The notes under the pieces: model-generated
The model's database searches: none
The model's input: only the letters and a program-made list of their open reading frames with translations
Told to the model about the DNA's origin: nothing
Shown here: piece after piece, positions 8,584 through 19,976 of the stretch
How the letters are laid out: each line of letters begins with the position of its first letter
How positions within the stretch are numbered: the stretch's first letter is position 1
Position numbers and translations under genes: made by a program
Origin: Thainema sp.
Lineage (GTDB): Bacteria; Cyanobacteriota; Cyanobacteriia; Phormidesmidales; Phormidesmidaceae
Length of the DNA: 64,000 bases
NCBI GenBank assembly: GCA_052168235.1
Contig: JBQLZK010000002.1
Span: forward strand, 96,001-160,000
Reading direction: 5' to 3'

Positions 8584-11346
8584 TTAAACCTGTCGTTCGA
8601 CGAAGATGACGTTTTCTGTCACCTTTTCAAAGGTGTCATCGTGACTGATGACAAAGATTTGACGGAAGGTTTTAATTCGAGCGATCGCTTCGGCGAGACT
8701 GTCGCGGCGGGGGCGATCCATGTTGGTAGTTGGTTCGTCGAAAAAGGCAATATCGAGATCAGCCAGTACTTTCAGCAGCGCCAGCCGAACAGCCAGAGCG
8801 GCACACATTTGTTCTCCACCTGAGAGGTTGGTAAAGCGACGGGTATTGGCACCCTCTTGCACTACAATCTCGTAATCCTGCGTCCAGTCCAGTGAAACAT
8901 TGGGGCGATTGAGTAACTCTCGAAATAGGCGATCCGCCTCCCGGGAGATGGTATGGAGATAAAGCTGAGTAATCCTTGGCCCTGCTTCTTTGTAGGTTTT
9001 ACGTGCAAAATTGATAAATCGCTTGGTGCGATCGCGTTTTTGGCGCTCCTGTTCAGCTTGATCTCGCTTAGCTGCAGTTTCTTTGAGAGCTGCGACTTGC
9101 TGATTAAGTTCGTGCAGTAGCTTTTGCTGTTGCGGCAGGCTACCCGTAATCTGGTCAGCCTGACTGCGAGTAGCGCTATAGGTTTGTTCGAGCTGAGCTA
9201 AGGTTTCGGCATCAAAGTCAGCCATCTGCTGATCGTATTGGGTATGAAGTTCAACCTGCTGTGCCTTCAATGCCGTGGTTCGCACGGTAATCTGCTCAAT
9301 TTCCTGGATGACAGACGGTAGTGCTTGCGCCGCTTTTTCATGCTGTAAGTAGCGTAGATAGCCGTCATGTTGCTGCTGCTGGCACTGTTTTTCGGCCTCG
9401 ACTAGGGCATCGAGTTCTGCAAATTCAGCAATTTGCTGCTCGACCTGATTGAGCTGAGTTTGGATATCTTTGAGTGCCGTTTGCAGTGCGGCATACTGCT
9501 GCTGAATAGGCTTGAGCTGCTGAAGTTGCTGCTGGAGGAGCTGACTGCGGCCTTTGGGATTGCCTAACTGTTGGATCTGCTGAGTGTAAGCCTGCTGCTG
9601 AAGTTGCTGCTCTGCTTCGGTTTGTAGCTGCTGCTGGTGCTGGGCTAACTGCTGCTGTAAACGCAGACCTTCCTGCTGGAGTGCGGCCTGCTGCTCCAGT
9701 TTTTGGGGCAAGCCAGCAGCTTGAGCTTTGGACTGATAGGCAGTGGCTAAATTCGACTGGTGCGATCTCAACTGCTGCTGCAACTGAGGTACGGATACCT
9801 GAGCCGATAGATCAGTCAAAATGCCATAGAGCGATCGCAGCATCTCTTGAGTGACCTCCACGCCGGACTCAATGGCCGCTGCAATCGATTCGACAGGGCT
9901 GGCAGCCAACAGCGGCATACTGCTTTGCAGCTCCTTTAGGGTTGCTAGTGCTGCTGCCGCTTCGGTTTGGTAGCGATCATGGCGTTCCTGTCCGCTGCTG
10001 ACCAACTGGTGCAGTTCTGCCTCAAACTGTTTGGCGGCTTCGACGCGGCTCAACTGCTCTTGGATGCGATCGCGTTTTTTCTCCAGATCAGGAATCTGCT
10101 GAATCTGCGCATCGAGACGCTGAATCTGTTCGATTTCAGACTGCACAGACTGGAGCTGGCGGCTGACCTGCTGGATTTGCTGCTGTACAGCTTGAGCTTG
10201 CACAGCAATCGACTGAAGCTGTTGCAGGGCTTTGCTAATTTCAGCAAGCTGTTGTTCAAGCTGTTCTTGCTGCTCAATCAGCGGTTTCAACTGAGTCAGA
10301 TCCTGCTCAGCCGTTGCTAGCTGCTCTAGCCGCAACTTCAGCCGAGTCAAATCCGTATCGCGATCGCGCATTTGCTGACGATACTGCTCTCGCTGATTCC
10401 AGAGTATTTGCCGCTGTCGGATCTGCTGCTCAAGCTGCTTCAGCTTATCGGTTGCTGCCTGATAGCTTTCGTAAGCAACTCGATTCACCTCGCAAATCTG
10501 CACCGCTTCTTTCGCCTGCTGCAGTGCCTGATCCAGCCGAATTGTCTGCTGTTCCTGCCCCTGAATTTGGGCGGTCAGAGTTGAAAGCTGAACCTTGAGG
10601 GTTTGGATTTGCTGCTGCTGGGCGAGTCGTTTTTGGCGTTCGGCTTCTAGCTGCTCTAGTTGAGTTTTTAGAGTCTTCAACGTGGCCTCATTTTGCTCCA
10701 GCTCCTGCTGCGCCTGGGCTTGCCGCTGCTGAAGCTCATCCCACTGCTCTAAGGTTTCATTGTATTGAAGAATCCGATCTGCGATCGCAGCCGATTGCCC
10801 CTCGGCATACTTCCGCAGTCCGTTCAACTCCTTGAACACTTTTTCGTATTCTTCAACTTTGAGAATTGCATCAAATACCCTTTTCCGATCAGACACTGAC
10901 TTGAGAAAATCGGCAGTGAAGGTTCCTTGCGGCACGCCAATCGTGTTGGCAAAGAGCTGGCCCAAATCCACGTTGGGCGCGACGCCCATATGTTCTCGCA
11001 GCCAAGGAAGAATTTCATCCTCAATCCGGCTGTAGGATAATCGCTGATCAAGCTGGGGATCATAAATGGCATAACCTTTGTTCGTGGAGCGGAGCACCTG
11101 ATATGTCCGACCGTCACGGCTAGACACAAATTCCACCATTACTTGAGCGCTACCTGTGCCATTTCGAATCAAATCTGCCGTGACGTAGTCACCCCTGTAA
11201 TTAAACAGCACCCAGGCAATCGCTTCTAAAATACTGGTTTTGCCTGCTCCATTTTCACCACAAATCGCATTGGTGCCGGGCTGAAACTTAAAGTGGCGAT
11301 CCTGATGGGTCTTGAAATTCGTTAGCGTTACGGACAGAATCTGCAT
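8584..11346 (-). CDS. sbcC: SbcC/Rad50-type SMC ATPase
   Basis: Walker A GENGAGKT, long coiled coil, signature LSGGE, Walker B FFDEPT, 'VISHD'. Confidence 0.9.
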   Translation of the reverse strand: MQILSVTLTNFKTHQDRHFKFQPGTNAICGENGAGKTSILEAIAWVLFNYRGDYVTADLIRNGTGSAQVMVEFVSSRDGRTYQVLRSTNKGYAIYDPQLDQRLSYSRIEDEILPWLREHMGVAPNVDLGQLFANTIGVPQGTFTADFLKSVSDRKRVFDAILKVEEYEKVFKELNGLRKYAEGQSAAIADRILQYNETLEQWDELQQRQAQAQQELEQNEATLKTLKTQLEQLEAERQKRLAQQQQIQTLKVQLSTLTAQIQGQEQQTIRLDQALQQAKEAVQICEVNRVAYESYQAATDKLKQLEQQIRQRQILWNQREQYRQQMRDRDTDLTRLKLRLEQLATAEQDLTQLKPLIEQQEQLEQQLAEISKALQQLQSIAVQAQAVQQQIQQVSRQLQSVQSEIEQIQRLDAQIQQIPDLEKKRDRIQEQLSRVEAAKQFEAELHQLVSSGQERHDRYQTEAAAALATLKELQSSMPLLAASPVESIAAAIESGVEVTQEMLRSLYGILTDLSAQVSVPQLQQQLRSHQSNLATAYQSKAQAAGLPQKLEQQAALQQEGLRLQQQLAQHQQQLQTEAEQQLQQQAYTQQIQQLGNPKGRSQLLQQQLQQLKPIQQQYAALQTALKDIQTQLNQVEQQIAEFAELDALVEAEKQCQQQQHDGYLRYLQHEKAAQALPSVIQEIEQITVRTTALKAQQVELHTQYDQQMADFDAETLAQLEQTYSATRSQADQITGSLPQQQKLLHELNQQVAALKETAAKRDQAEQERQKRDRTKRFINFARKTYKEAGPRITQLYLHTISREADRLFRELLNRPNVSLDWTQDYEIVVQEGANTRRFTNLSGGEQMCAALAVRLALLKVLADLDIAFFDEPTTNMDRPRRDSLAEAIARIKTFRQIFVISHDDTFEKVTENVIFVERQV

Positions 11347-11665
11347 GATTCTCGTTCGAATTCTCGTTCAAAAATGGTACAGAGGATCTGATTTTAGCTT
11401 GTCTCATCTTAGCGTTCTGTTGGCAAATGGGAAAACATCACGAATGTTTTAGCGATCGCACCCATTTACTGCTCTTGTAACTGATATGACTTGGTAGTGA
11501 TAAGCTCGCATCTTGCCCAGAATACTTCTATTTTTTCCAATCTGAATAAAAGTTTGGCTTAGGTGAAAATCTCTCAGAATTGCTATTCCTAGTGTTTTAG
11601 ACGGGGTCGAAGTGGGAATACTGGAACTGATTTATTTTTACAGCAAGAATATTTAGGGCAGCCCT

Positions 11666-14182
11666 ATGCAACTTTCCCGATTCACAACCTGGCATAAGTT
11701 TTTGCATTGGCAGCACCACCAGCATTTCAAGGGACTGTCTTCTAACTTACTCACACGGTTGATTATTGGTGGTACCACCTTAGTTGTGAGTGCTTCTGCT
11801 TACTGGAGTTATCAAGTGGTCAGAAACTTGACGCTTGACAACCTTAAACAAAATGCTTTCTTAGAGGTTCAGCAAGGAGTCAATGAGATTGACAAATGGC
11901 TAGCCACTCACAAGGCAGAAGTGGTAACGCTAGCCAACACTGAGACAGCTTTGTCAATGGATTGGTCTGTTGCTCAATCCTATCTAGAGGCAGAAGCAAA
12001 ACGCCTTGAGGGGTTCCATCATCTAATTTATGCCAATCCAGATGGTTCCTACTACGTTACAGGGCAAGGTTTAGCTCAAGGTAACAATATTAGCGATCGC
12101 TTATATTTCCAAGAAGCGATCGCAGGACGAGTTAATGTTTCTGATCCGTTCATCAGCCGCTCGTTGGGCATTCCTAAAATTGGGGTCAACGCCCCCATTG
12201 GGCCTGCTGAACGACCCGTTGGCGTATTGAGTGGTGGCATCCGCGTGGATCACATTGTTCAAGTTACCCATCAGTTGCAGTATGGCTCCGGCAGCTATGC
12301 CTTCGCCCTAAATTCGCAAGGACAAGCCATCGTCCATCCTAATCCATCATTGATGTCAACAATTGAAAGGCCAGCTCCTACTCTAACTGAAGCATCAGAT
12401 CCAGGCTTAGCTGCGATCGCGCACAAAATGGTTAATCAGCAGCAAGGGATTGAGCTGGTTAACCTCGATAATGTGGGCCAATATATTGCCTACATTCCAC
12501 TCGAAGAAGCCAATTGGTCAATTGCCTTAGTCATTCCACGAAAGAATATTGAAGCTCAGCTACTGCCTTTGGATGTCATTGCCGTCGTCGTCGTCGGACT
12601 AGCGGGCACGATGATTACAGTGCTATGGAAAGTGCAGTCGTTTGAGCAGGCACAACTCAAAAGATCTAAAGCGGCGGCGGAAGCGGCTAAACAAGCGGCT
12701 GACGCTGCCAACCAAGCCAAGAGCCAGTTTCTGGCCAATATGAGTCATGAACTGCGGACGCCCCTCAATGGAATTTTGGGTTATGCCCAAATTTTTCAAC
12801 GTGACAAAACACTGACTTCCAAGCAGCGAGATGGACTCAATGTCATCTATCAGTGTGGCTCTCATCTGCTCAATCTAATTAATGATGTCTTAGATATTTC
12901 TAAGATCGAGGCTAAAAAGCTAGAGCTATATTCTACTGATTTTGCCTTGCCCCATTGCTTACAAAACATCAAAGAAATTTGCCGCATTAGAGCTGAACAG
13001 AAAGAACTAGAATTTGACTATCAAGTTGTTAATTCTCTACCCCGTGCTGTTCATGCCGATGAAAAACGTCTCCGTCAAGTTTTAATTAATCTACTCGGTA
13101 ATGCTATCAAGTTTACAGATCAAGGGAAAGTCACCTTCAAAGTTGAGGTTTTGGGAAGGAGCAGTAAACCTATTCATCAACAAAGCAATCGTAATACAGA
13201 GCTGTCATCTGCTGCAGAATATACAATAATTCGCTTTCAAGTAGAAGATACTGGTGTGGGCATGAGTCCAGATCAAATGGCAAGAATATTTCTCCCCTTT
13301 GAGCAGGTAGGAGATGATTTGCGTAAGGTTGAAGGTACAGGATTGGGATTAGCAATTAGCCGCCAAATTGTTGAAATGATGGGGAGCGAAATCCAAGTTG
13401 AGAGTACTCTAGGCATTGGCAGCAGGTTTTGGTTTGATCTCGAATTTCCAGAAGCAGCCGAAGTAATTGAGCGAGAATGTGCTGCAGCACAAACTGCGAT
13501 TACGGGATATCAAGGGGAACGACGTACTATTCTACTAGTGGATGATCGCTGGGAAAATCGTGCTGTCATTTCCCATTTGCTGCAACCGATTGGTCTCGAA
13601 GTGATTGAAGCAACGAATGGCCAAGAGGGAATAATTCAGGCTCAACGGCACCAACCCGACTTAATCATCACAGATTTAGCAATGCCTATAATGGATGGCT
13701 ATCAAATGACCCAAGAATTACGGTCACGAACAGAATTTATCAATATCCCTATCATCGCATCTTCAGCATCTGTATTTAGTTTTAATCGCCAACAAAGTCA
13801 AGAAGCAGGCTGTAATGATTTTCTCGCTAAACCTGTGCAAGCAGAAGAACTCTTTGAACAACTTCAGCGCTATCTCAATCTAATTTGGGTTCAAGAAATC
13901 GCGGAGCTAAATCCTCGCTGTTCAATTGCTACAACACAAGACCAAGCAGATAGTAATGTGCAGGAAGGCTCAGCTCAAGACATGGTTGTGCCACCCGTAA
14001 AAGAATTGTTGACGCTTTATCAAGCTGCTCAAGCTGGCTATATTGCTGTGATTGAACAGGAAGCAAGACGAATCAAACAGCAGAACCGAGATTATCGAGC
14101 TTTTGCGGGCAAAATCTTAGATTTAGTCGATACGTTTGATGATGAATTAATTGTTGATCTTATTCGTCCCTATCTCGCGTAA
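11666..14182 (+). CDS. Hybrid sensor histidine kinase (Cache-HisKA-HATPase-REC)
   Basis: Two TMs around dCache-like region, 'FLANMSHELRTPLNGILG', N/G boxes, receiver 'LLVDD...DLAMP...KP'. Confidence 0.93.
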   Translation: MQLSRFTTWHKFLHWQHHQHFKGLSSNLLTRLIIGGTTLVVSASAYWSYQVVRNLTLDNLKQNAFLEVQQGVNEIDKWLATHKAEVVTLANTETALSMDWSVAQSYLEAEAKRLEGFHHLIYANPDGSYYVTGQGLAQGNNISDRLYFQEAIAGRVNVSDPFISRSLGIPKIGVNAPIGPAERPVGVLSGGIRVDHIVQVTHQLQYGSGSYAFALNSQGQAIVHPNPSLMSTIERPAPTLTEASDPGLAAIAHKMVNQQQGIELVNLDNVGQYIAYIPLEEANWSIALVIPRKNIEAQLLPLDVIAVVVVGLAGTMITVLWKVQSFEQAQLKRSKAAAEAAKQAADAANQAKSQFLANMSHELRTPLNGILGYAQIFQRDKTLTSKQRDGLNVIYQCGSHLLNLINDVLDISKIEAKKLELYSTDFALPHCLQNIKEICRIRAEQKELEFDYQVVNSLPRAVHADEKRLRQVLINLLGNAIKFTDQGKVTFKVEVLGRSSKPIHQQSNRNTELSSAAEYTIIRFQVEDTGVGMSPDQMARIFLPFEQVGDDLRKVEGTGLGLAISRQIVEMMGSEIQVESTLGIGSRFWFDLEFPEAAEVIERECAAAQTAITGYQGERRTILLVDDRWENRAVISHLLQPIGLEVIEATNGQEGIIQAQRHQPDLIITDLAMPIMDGYQMTQELRSRTEFINIPIIASSASVFSFNRQQSQEAGCNDFLAKPVQAEELFEQLQRYLNLIWVQEIAELNPRCSIATTQDQADSNVQEGSAQDMVVPPVKELLTLYQAAQAGYIAVIEQEARRIKQQNRDYRAFAGKILDLVDTFDDELIVDLIRPYLA

Positions 14183-14188
14183 TTCAAG

Positions 14189-15430
14189 ATGCACAAGTTA
14201 TCTGGTGATTCTATTCTTGTTGTTGATGATATTCCAACTAACATAAAAGTTTTATTCGATCTGCTGTATGACTCTGGTTTCAAAATCTATGTTGCGAAGA
14301 GTGGAGAAAGTGCATTAAGCAAATTGCAACAAGTGCGACCAGATTTGATTTTACTTGATGTGATGATGCCAGGAATCGATGGATTTGAAACCTGTCGTCG
14401 TTTAAAAGCTGAACCTACCACCAAAGAAATTCCGGTTATCTTTATGACTGCCCTATCTGATGTAGTAGATAAGGTTAAGGGGTTACAGCTAGGGGCAGTA
14501 GACTATATCACTAAACCGATTCAACACGAAGAAGTACTCGCTCGTATCAACGTTCACTTAGAACTTCGGCAAGCCCAACTTAAGCTTATTCAGGAAGAAA
14601 AAATGTCTTCTCTGGGTCAATTGGTGGCGGGCATCGCTCATGAAATTAACAATCCAGTTAATTTTATTTGTGGTAATCTAGCTCACGCTCATCAATATAT
14701 TCAAGAATTATTTGGCCTATTTCAACTCTATGAAAGTCATTTAGCTGAGCCCAACATAGAAATTCAAGCTTATTCAGAAACGATCGATCTTGAATTCATT
14801 AAACAAGATCTACCCCAATTATTATCTTCGATGAAGGTAGGAACTACCCGCATTCAGGAAATTATACGAGCATTACATTCATTCTCTAGGCTAGATCAAG
14901 CTGAATATAAGTCGGTGAATTTGCACGACGGTATTGACAGTACGCTCATGCTCTTAAATAACCGCCTTAAAGTCAAACCGTCGCGTCCAGCAATTGCGAT
15001 CGCAAAAGAGTATGGTGATTTACCAGAAGTGGAATGCTATCCTGGGCCACTCAATCAGGTCTTTATGCATCTTCTAATGAATGCGATTGATGCGATTGAC
15101 GAAAAAATAGACCGTAAAGATATCTCTCAAGCATACTTTGAGCCTCAGATTAGGATTCGTACGAACTGGGTAGCTGAACATCAAGAAGTTGTTGTTCACA
15201 TTGTGGATAACGGTGTGGGTATGTTCCCACAAGTACAGCAGCAGATATTCAATCAGTTTTTTACGACCAAGCCGATCGGTCAGGGAACTGGATTAGGGTT
15301 ATCAATTAGCTATCAAATTGTCGTAGAGCGCCATCAGGGCCAGCTGTGGTGTAGCTCAGAATTTGGTCAGGGCACCGAATTTATGGTTAAGATTCCTTTA
15401 GGCAGTAAATATCAGACACATGAAAGCTGA
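14189..15430 (+). CDS. Receiver domain-histidine kinase
   Basis: N-terminal REC 'ILVVDD..LLDVMMPGIDG', 'AGIAHEINNPVNFI', 'FFTTKPIGQGTGLGL'. Confidence 0.93.
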   Translation: MHKLSGDSILVVDDIPTNIKVLFDLLYDSGFKIYVAKSGESALSKLQQVRPDLILLDVMMPGIDGFETCRRLKAEPTTKEIPVIFMTALSDVVDKVKGLQLGAVDYITKPIQHEEVLARINVHLELRQAQLKLIQEEKMSSLGQLVAGIAHEINNPVNFICGNLAHAHQYIQELFGLFQLYESHLAEPNIEIQAYSETIDLEFIKQDLPQLLSSMKVGTTRIQEIIRALHSFSRLDQAEYKSVNLHDGIDSTLMLLNNRLKVKPSRPAIAIAKEYGDLPEVECYPGPLNQVFMHLLMNAIDAIDEKIDRKDISQAYFEPQIRIRTNWVAEHQEVVVHIVDNGVGMFPQVQQQIFNQFFTTKPIGQGTGLGLSISYQIVVERHQGQLWCSSEFGQGTEFMVKIPLGSKYQTHES

Positions 15431-15498
15431 TTCGGAAACTAGAGATAGACCTACAGAGCATTAGCTATTTTCATAGCATTACGCACAAGAACGAAATT

Positions 15499-15879
15499 AT
15501 GGCTAAATTTTTTCTTGCGATCGCACCCATCCTAGCTGGCATCGCTGTCGCTGCCGGAGCCTTCGCGGCTCATGCGCTCAAGTCTAAGCTATCGGAAAAT
15601 GCGTTAGAAATTTTTGAAACCGGCGCACGCTATCAGATGTATCACGCGTTGGGATTGCTATTGATTGGCATTCTGCTGCTGCTCGTTCCAACTGGCCAAA
15701 CCTGGATAACGGTGGCAGGATTTGCCTTTTTAGCCGGAATTGTCCTGTTCTCAGGTAGCCTGTATGGTCTGAGCCTGACGGGGATGAAGTGGCTGGGGCC
15801 AATCACTCCGCTCGGCGGCGTTGCTTTTATGGTGGGCTGGGGCTGTCTTGCGATCGCAGCACTTGGCTTCAAAGGATAA
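15499..15879 (+). CDS. DUF423 (YgdD/TMEM256) membrane protein
   Basis: 'GAFAAH', 'YQMYHAL', 'FSGSLY', 'GPITPLGG'. Confidence 0.92.
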   Translation: MAKFFLAIAPILAGIAVAAGAFAAHALKSKLSENALEIFETGARYQMYHALGLLLIGILLLLVPTGQTWITVAGFAFLAGIVLFSGSLYGLSLTGMKWLGPITPLGGVAFMVGWGCLAIAALGFKG

Positions 15880-15893
15880 ACTAAACTCATACT

Positions 15894-15923
15894 GAAAAGG
15901 GAGGCTAAACAGCCTCCCTTTTC
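15894..15923. terminator. Bidirectional terminator between DUF423 and amt
   Basis: gaaaagggaggct-aaac-agcctcccttttc between convergent genes. Confidence 0.75.
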
Positions 15924-15966
15924 GTGTTTTCACTTGTCTCTAGAAATTGGCTAATTGCCTAAATTT

Positions 15967-17484
15967 CTAGCGGTCTATAGTGGAGCTAACTGAAGCAGCA
16001 CCAATGGCGCTCGACTCTTTCAGGAAACCACTGTAAGCTTCCATGCCGTGTTCGCTGATGTCTAGACCAACCAGCTCTTCCTCTTCGGTTACGCGGATAC
16101 CCAACGTAGACTTGAGCGCTAACCAAAAGATTGAGCTTGCGATAACGGTAAACAAACCAATGGACAGAATACCAACGATTTGTGCAATGAGCTGCGTAAT
16201 GCCGCCGCCATAGAACAGACCGACGATTGCATCTTCTGAGCCAGCCTGGTAGAAGTTGTTGGGATTCGCGAATAGACCGACCGCTAGCGTTCCCCACACA
16301 CCGCAAACCAAGTGAACGGAGGTTGCACCTACTGGATCATCAATTTTGATGCTGTCAAAGAAGAGAACTGAGAAAACAACCAGTACACCCGCAATCAAAC
16401 CGATGATGACTGCGCCAAGATAGCCAACAACAGCAGTTCCAGCGGTGATGCCAACTAAACCAGCCAAAATGCCGTTGATGATCATGGACAGGTCAGGCTT
16501 GCCAGAGGTGATCCAGGAGGTGATCGTTGCAGCTACACCACCTGCTGCTGCTGCCAAATTGGTTGTTACAGCAATAAAGGGAACATTTGCTGTTGCACCG
16601 AGCTCGGAACCTGGATTAAATCCAAACCAGCCAATCCATAGAATTAAACAGCCCAACATCGCCAAACTCATGTTGTGACCAGGGATCGCATTGGTTTGGC
16701 CACCGGAATATTTACCGATCCGGGGGCCAAGGAATGCTGCGCCCATCAGAGCTGCCCAACCACCAACAGAGTGAACTACGGTTGAGCCAGCAAAGTCATG
16801 GAAACCAAATTCAGCCAGCCAACCACCAGCCCATACCCAGTGACCTGTAATTGGATAAGAGATACCGGTTAGCAGGATGCTGAAGATGAGGAAGTCTACG
16901 AATTTAACCCGTTCAGCCACCGCACCAGAAACGATGGTTGCTGCCGTAGCGGCAAATGCGACTTGGAATAGGAAGGACACTGGAACGGTCAAACCTGCAG
17001 TTGGATCATTGCCATAGGTTTCAGGACCACCCGACAAGAACCAACCGCCACCTCCAATAAAACCATTGCCACCAGTTCCATACATTAAAGAGAAACCAAT
17101 AGCCCAATAGGCAAGAGTGGCTAATGCAAAAACGATTAGGTTCTTAGACAGAATGTTGACTGCGTTCTTCTGACGGCAGAATCCGGTTTCTAACATACCG
17201 AATCCAGCGTTCATGAAGATAACCAGTACGGCTGCGATAGTAATCCAAATGTTGTCCAAAACGGACTGGATATCGGAATATGGTGCATCCTGAGCATGAG
17301 CTGCAGTTCCCCATACAACTGCGATCGCAATTGCCAGTGGGAGGCAAGCAACCCACGTCCAGGACTTCATGCTACGAGGCAGTGCAATCTGGTTAAAGAT
17401 TGAAACTGGTGAATAAAAATTAATCCCAGAGGACGCCCGTTTTGCTCGCCCCCTAGATCTCTGTGTCATTTCTCTAGACATCAT
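15967..17484 (-). CDS. amt: Ammonium transporter (Amt family)
   Basis: '[12 protein letters not shown]', '[13 protein letters not shown]', '[12 protein letters not shown]', '[15 protein letters not shown]'; exact start uncertain. Confidence 0.96.
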   Translation of the reverse strand: MMSREMTQRSRGRAKRASSGINFYSPVSIFNQIALPRSMKSWTWVACLPLAIAIAVVWGTAAHAQDAPYSDIQSVLDNIWITIAAVLVIFMNAGFGMLETGFCRQKNAVNILSKNLIVFALATLAYWAIGFSLMYGTGGNGFIGGGGWFLSGGPETYGNDPTAGLTVPVSFLFQVAFAATAATIVSGAVAERVKFVDFLIFSILLTGISYPITGHWVWAGGWLAEFGFHDFAGSTVVHSVGGWAALMGAAFLGPRIGKYSGGQTNAIPGHNMSLAMLGCLILWIGWFGFNPGSELGATANVPFIAVTTNLAAAAGGVAATITSWITSGKPDLSMIINGILAGLVGITAGTAVVGYLGAVIIGLIAGVLVVFSVLFFDSIKIDDPVGATSVHLVCGVWGTLAVGLFANPNNFYQAGSEDAIVGLFYGGGITQLIAQIVGILSIGLFTVIASSIFWLALKSTLGIRVTEEEELVGLDISEHGMEAYSGFLKESSAIGAASVSSTIDR

Positions 17485-17768
17485 TACTGGAGATTCCTTC
17501 TCTTAGGGTCAACACATCTACTCTCCACTGGATAAGTTTGCCTCACCCAGGTTTGAACTAAAGGAGAATCGGTAGTACACGTCAGCGGGAGGCACCGCTC
17601 CCAACGGATTCCCGTTACGCTTTGGTTTGGAAAACTTGACCTCAACCAGATAAACCCAATGGATCTTTCACGATTCAGATCAAATCTGACAGTGTTAATG
17701 CACTCAAATGCAAAATTTGTGTAAAAAAAGAGTCAAGATGATTGCACCAATTCCACTGAGTTAATTCT

Positions 17769-17782
17769 GTATTTCCTGATAC
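17769..17782. promoter_or_regulatory. NtcA binding site upstream of amt
   Basis: tGTA-TTTCCTGA-TACa matches GTA-N8-TAC about 285 bp upstream of amt, a classic NtcA target. Confidence 0.75.
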
Positions 17783-17960
17783 ACTTTCGAGGCAGAGATC
17801 GCTGGAATACGTGACGGAGAAGGCTTTAGAGAAATCTGAATAATCCAAAAAATCAACATAGTCTACGTGTATTTTAAGTATCAAATAGCACGCCGTTTTT
17901 ATTCTTGACTTTTACTGTAAGGTTTGCTGACTCGGTTCAAGCTGGTGACAAGCTGCCGGG

Positions 17961-18008
17961 CTTAATCGTCTACAAGCCTTGAGGAATCAAAGCTTGTAGA
18001 CGATTAAG
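17961..18008. repeat. 22-bp inverted repeat (1 mismatch), GGAA loop
   Basis: cttaatcgtctacaagccttga-ggaa-tcaaagcttgtagacgattaag downstream of purE. Confidence 0.8.
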
Positions 18009-18099
18009 GGTATTAGGAATTTCAATACTGATTCTGGGTTGTCAAACCATAATGCGATCGCACTCCGGATTACACTGGAAATATCGTCGGCTACATTTG

Positions 18100-18618
18100 C
18101 TACATTTGCGCTAGGTAGGCTTGATACCCCAGCTTGTCTAAGTCTGTTTGCTTTTGCATCACCATTTCTAATAGCGATTGCCGATAGGCCAGAATTCGAT
18201 TCAATAATTCAGGTTGCTGACTACCTAAAATTTGAACGGCCAACAGCCCAGCATTTTTTGCGTTCCCAATTGCTACCGTCGCCACTGGAATGCCTCCTGG
18301 CATTTGCACAATTGAGTACAGCGAGTCTACGCCGCTGAGGGTGCTCGTTTTGACGGGTACACCAATCACGGGCAACGGCGTCAAGGCCGCCACCATGCCC
18401 GGTAAATGAGCGGCACCACCAGCTCCGGCAATAATCACTTTTAGCCCCCGCTCATGCGCCGTTTTGGCGTATTCCACCATTCGCTCGGGGGTCCGATGCG
18501 CGGAGACAATCGCGACTTCGTGAGCAACGTCAAACTGCTCACAAATTTCAATAGCCGCTTGCATGGTTGGCAGATCCGAATCGCTGCCCATGATGATGCC
18601 AATTTGAGGTTGAGACAT
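18100..18618 (-). CDS. purE: N5-carboxyaminoimidazole ribonucleotide mutase
   Basis: 'IIMGSDSD', 'SAHRTP', '[12 protein letters not shown]', '[15 protein letters not shown]'. Confidence 0.98.
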   Translation of the reverse strand: MSQPQIGIIMGSDSDLPTMQAAIEICEQFDVAHEVAIVSAHRTPERMVEYAKTAHERGLKVIIAGAGGAAHLPGMVAALTPLPVIGVPVKTSTLSGVDSLYSIVQMPGGIPVATVAIGNAKNAGLLAVQILGSQQPELLNRILAYRQSLLEMVMQKQTDLDKLGYQAYLAQM

Positions 18619-18685
18619 AGATTGTTATTCGTTTGAAAAGCACTCAATTCAAGTATTCTAGTGGCTGGTTGTTCTGTAAATCGCC

Positions 18686-19855
18686 ATGCTGGATCAACAG
18701 ACTACTCGCGTCACTGATTTGATTAATGCTCGGGTTGTAGGCTACGACGGCCTACAGCGTGTCCAAATTTGCGATCGCATCATCCAGTCCATTCAGCCGA
18801 TGCAGCTATTCTCAGCGGCGGAATCGAGCACGTCGGTGTTGGACATGGCTGGAGACTGGCTCTCCTTGGGCGGCATTGACCTGCAAATTAATGGCGCGTT
18901 GGGCTTGGCATTTCCTGATCTAAATGCACAGAATGCAACGAAACTGGTTGAAATTGGCCAGTTTTTGTGGAATCAGGGCGTAGACGGCTATCTGCCGACT
19001 CTAGTTACAACCTCTATTGACAAGATTCAGACCGCTCTCGCTGCGATCGCACCTTTTGTCCGCCAGCCCCAACCCGATGCAACGACCGCTCAGATCCTCG
19101 GTGTTCACCTGGAAGGCCCCTGTTTGAACGCTGAAAAACGCGGTGCTCATCCGGCAGAACACCTACAGCCGCTGTCTCTGGACAGTCTGCGGCAGATTCT
19201 GGGTGAGTATACCGACGTGGTCAAGGTGATTACCCTCGCACCCGAACTCGACCCGACTGGAGAAGTGATTCCCTATCTGCGATCGCACGGAATCACCGTT
19301 AGCCTTGGCCACTCCCAAGCCACAGCCGCTCAAGCTCAAGCAGCCTTTGATCAGGGTGCAACAATGGTGACGCACGCCTTTAACGCCATGCCGGGGCTGC
19401 ATCACCGCGAGCCGGGATTACTAGGAGCGGCGATTGTCGATCCGCGTGTTCAGTGTGGCCTAATTGCTGATGGTCAGCATGTGTGTTCCACAATGATGGA
19501 CATTCTGTTGCGCGCCTCACGTTACGAACAGGGCCTTTTCCTGGTCAGTGATGCCCTGGCTCCGTTGGGACTGTCTGATGGTCGCTATCCCTGGGATGAG
19601 CGCGAAATCGAAGTGGTTCAGGGGACGGCACGACTGCTGAATGGGACTCTTTCTGGCACGACGCGCCCACTGCTGGATGGAGTGAAAAACCTGGTGGATT
19701 GGGGCTTATGCGATTTGAAAACTGCGATCGCACTCGCAACCCTCGCTCCTCGTCGCGCAATTGGTTTGGTGGATAGTTACATCGGCCAACCTGCCCATTT
19801 GCTGCGCTGGCAGGGTACGACTTGGTCACGGCTGTTTGAGCCGAACACCCATTAA
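18686..19855 (+). CDS. nagA: N-acetylglucosamine-6-phosphate deacetylase
   Basis: 'DLQINGA', 'GVHLEGP', 'RGAHP', 'TLAPE', 'GHS', 'THAFNAM', 'LVSDA'. Confidence 0.93.
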   Translation: MLDQQTTRVTDLINARVVGYDGLQRVQICDRIIQSIQPMQLFSAAESSTSVLDMAGDWLSLGGIDLQINGALGLAFPDLNAQNATKLVEIGQFLWNQGVDGYLPTLVTTSIDKIQTALAAIAPFVRQPQPDATTAQILGVHLEGPCLNAEKRGAHPAEHLQPLSLDSLRQILGEYTDVVKVITLAPELDPTGEVIPYLRSHGITVSLGHSQATAAQAQAAFDQGATMVTHAFNAMPGLHHREPGLLGAAIVDPRVQCGLIADGQHVCSTMMDILLRASRYEQGLFLVSDALAPLGLSDGRYPWDEREIEVVQGTARLLNGTLSGTTRPLLDGVKNLVDWGLCDLKTAIALATLAPRRAIGLVDSYIGQPAHLLRWQGTTWSRLFEPNTH

Positions 19856-19976
19856 CAAAACGTAATCAACAAACACCCCCGCATCTTGGCATGCTTGTAA
19901 ACGCATGCTAATTTCGGTAACGCTTTAATACACGTTTTCATTCCGTACTCAACTCATCCCGCACTTTATTAATACT

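Noticed and set aside
8584..11346. SMC-like protein as a Wadjet or Lamassu defence component
   Set aside because: Rad50/SbcC-type motifs, host-like composition with many HIP1 sites, and no partner defence genes nearby.
17485..17700. Glutamine (glnA-type) riboswitch in the amt leader
   Set aside because: Some hairpins are present but I could not match the consensus; an Infernal search would be needed.
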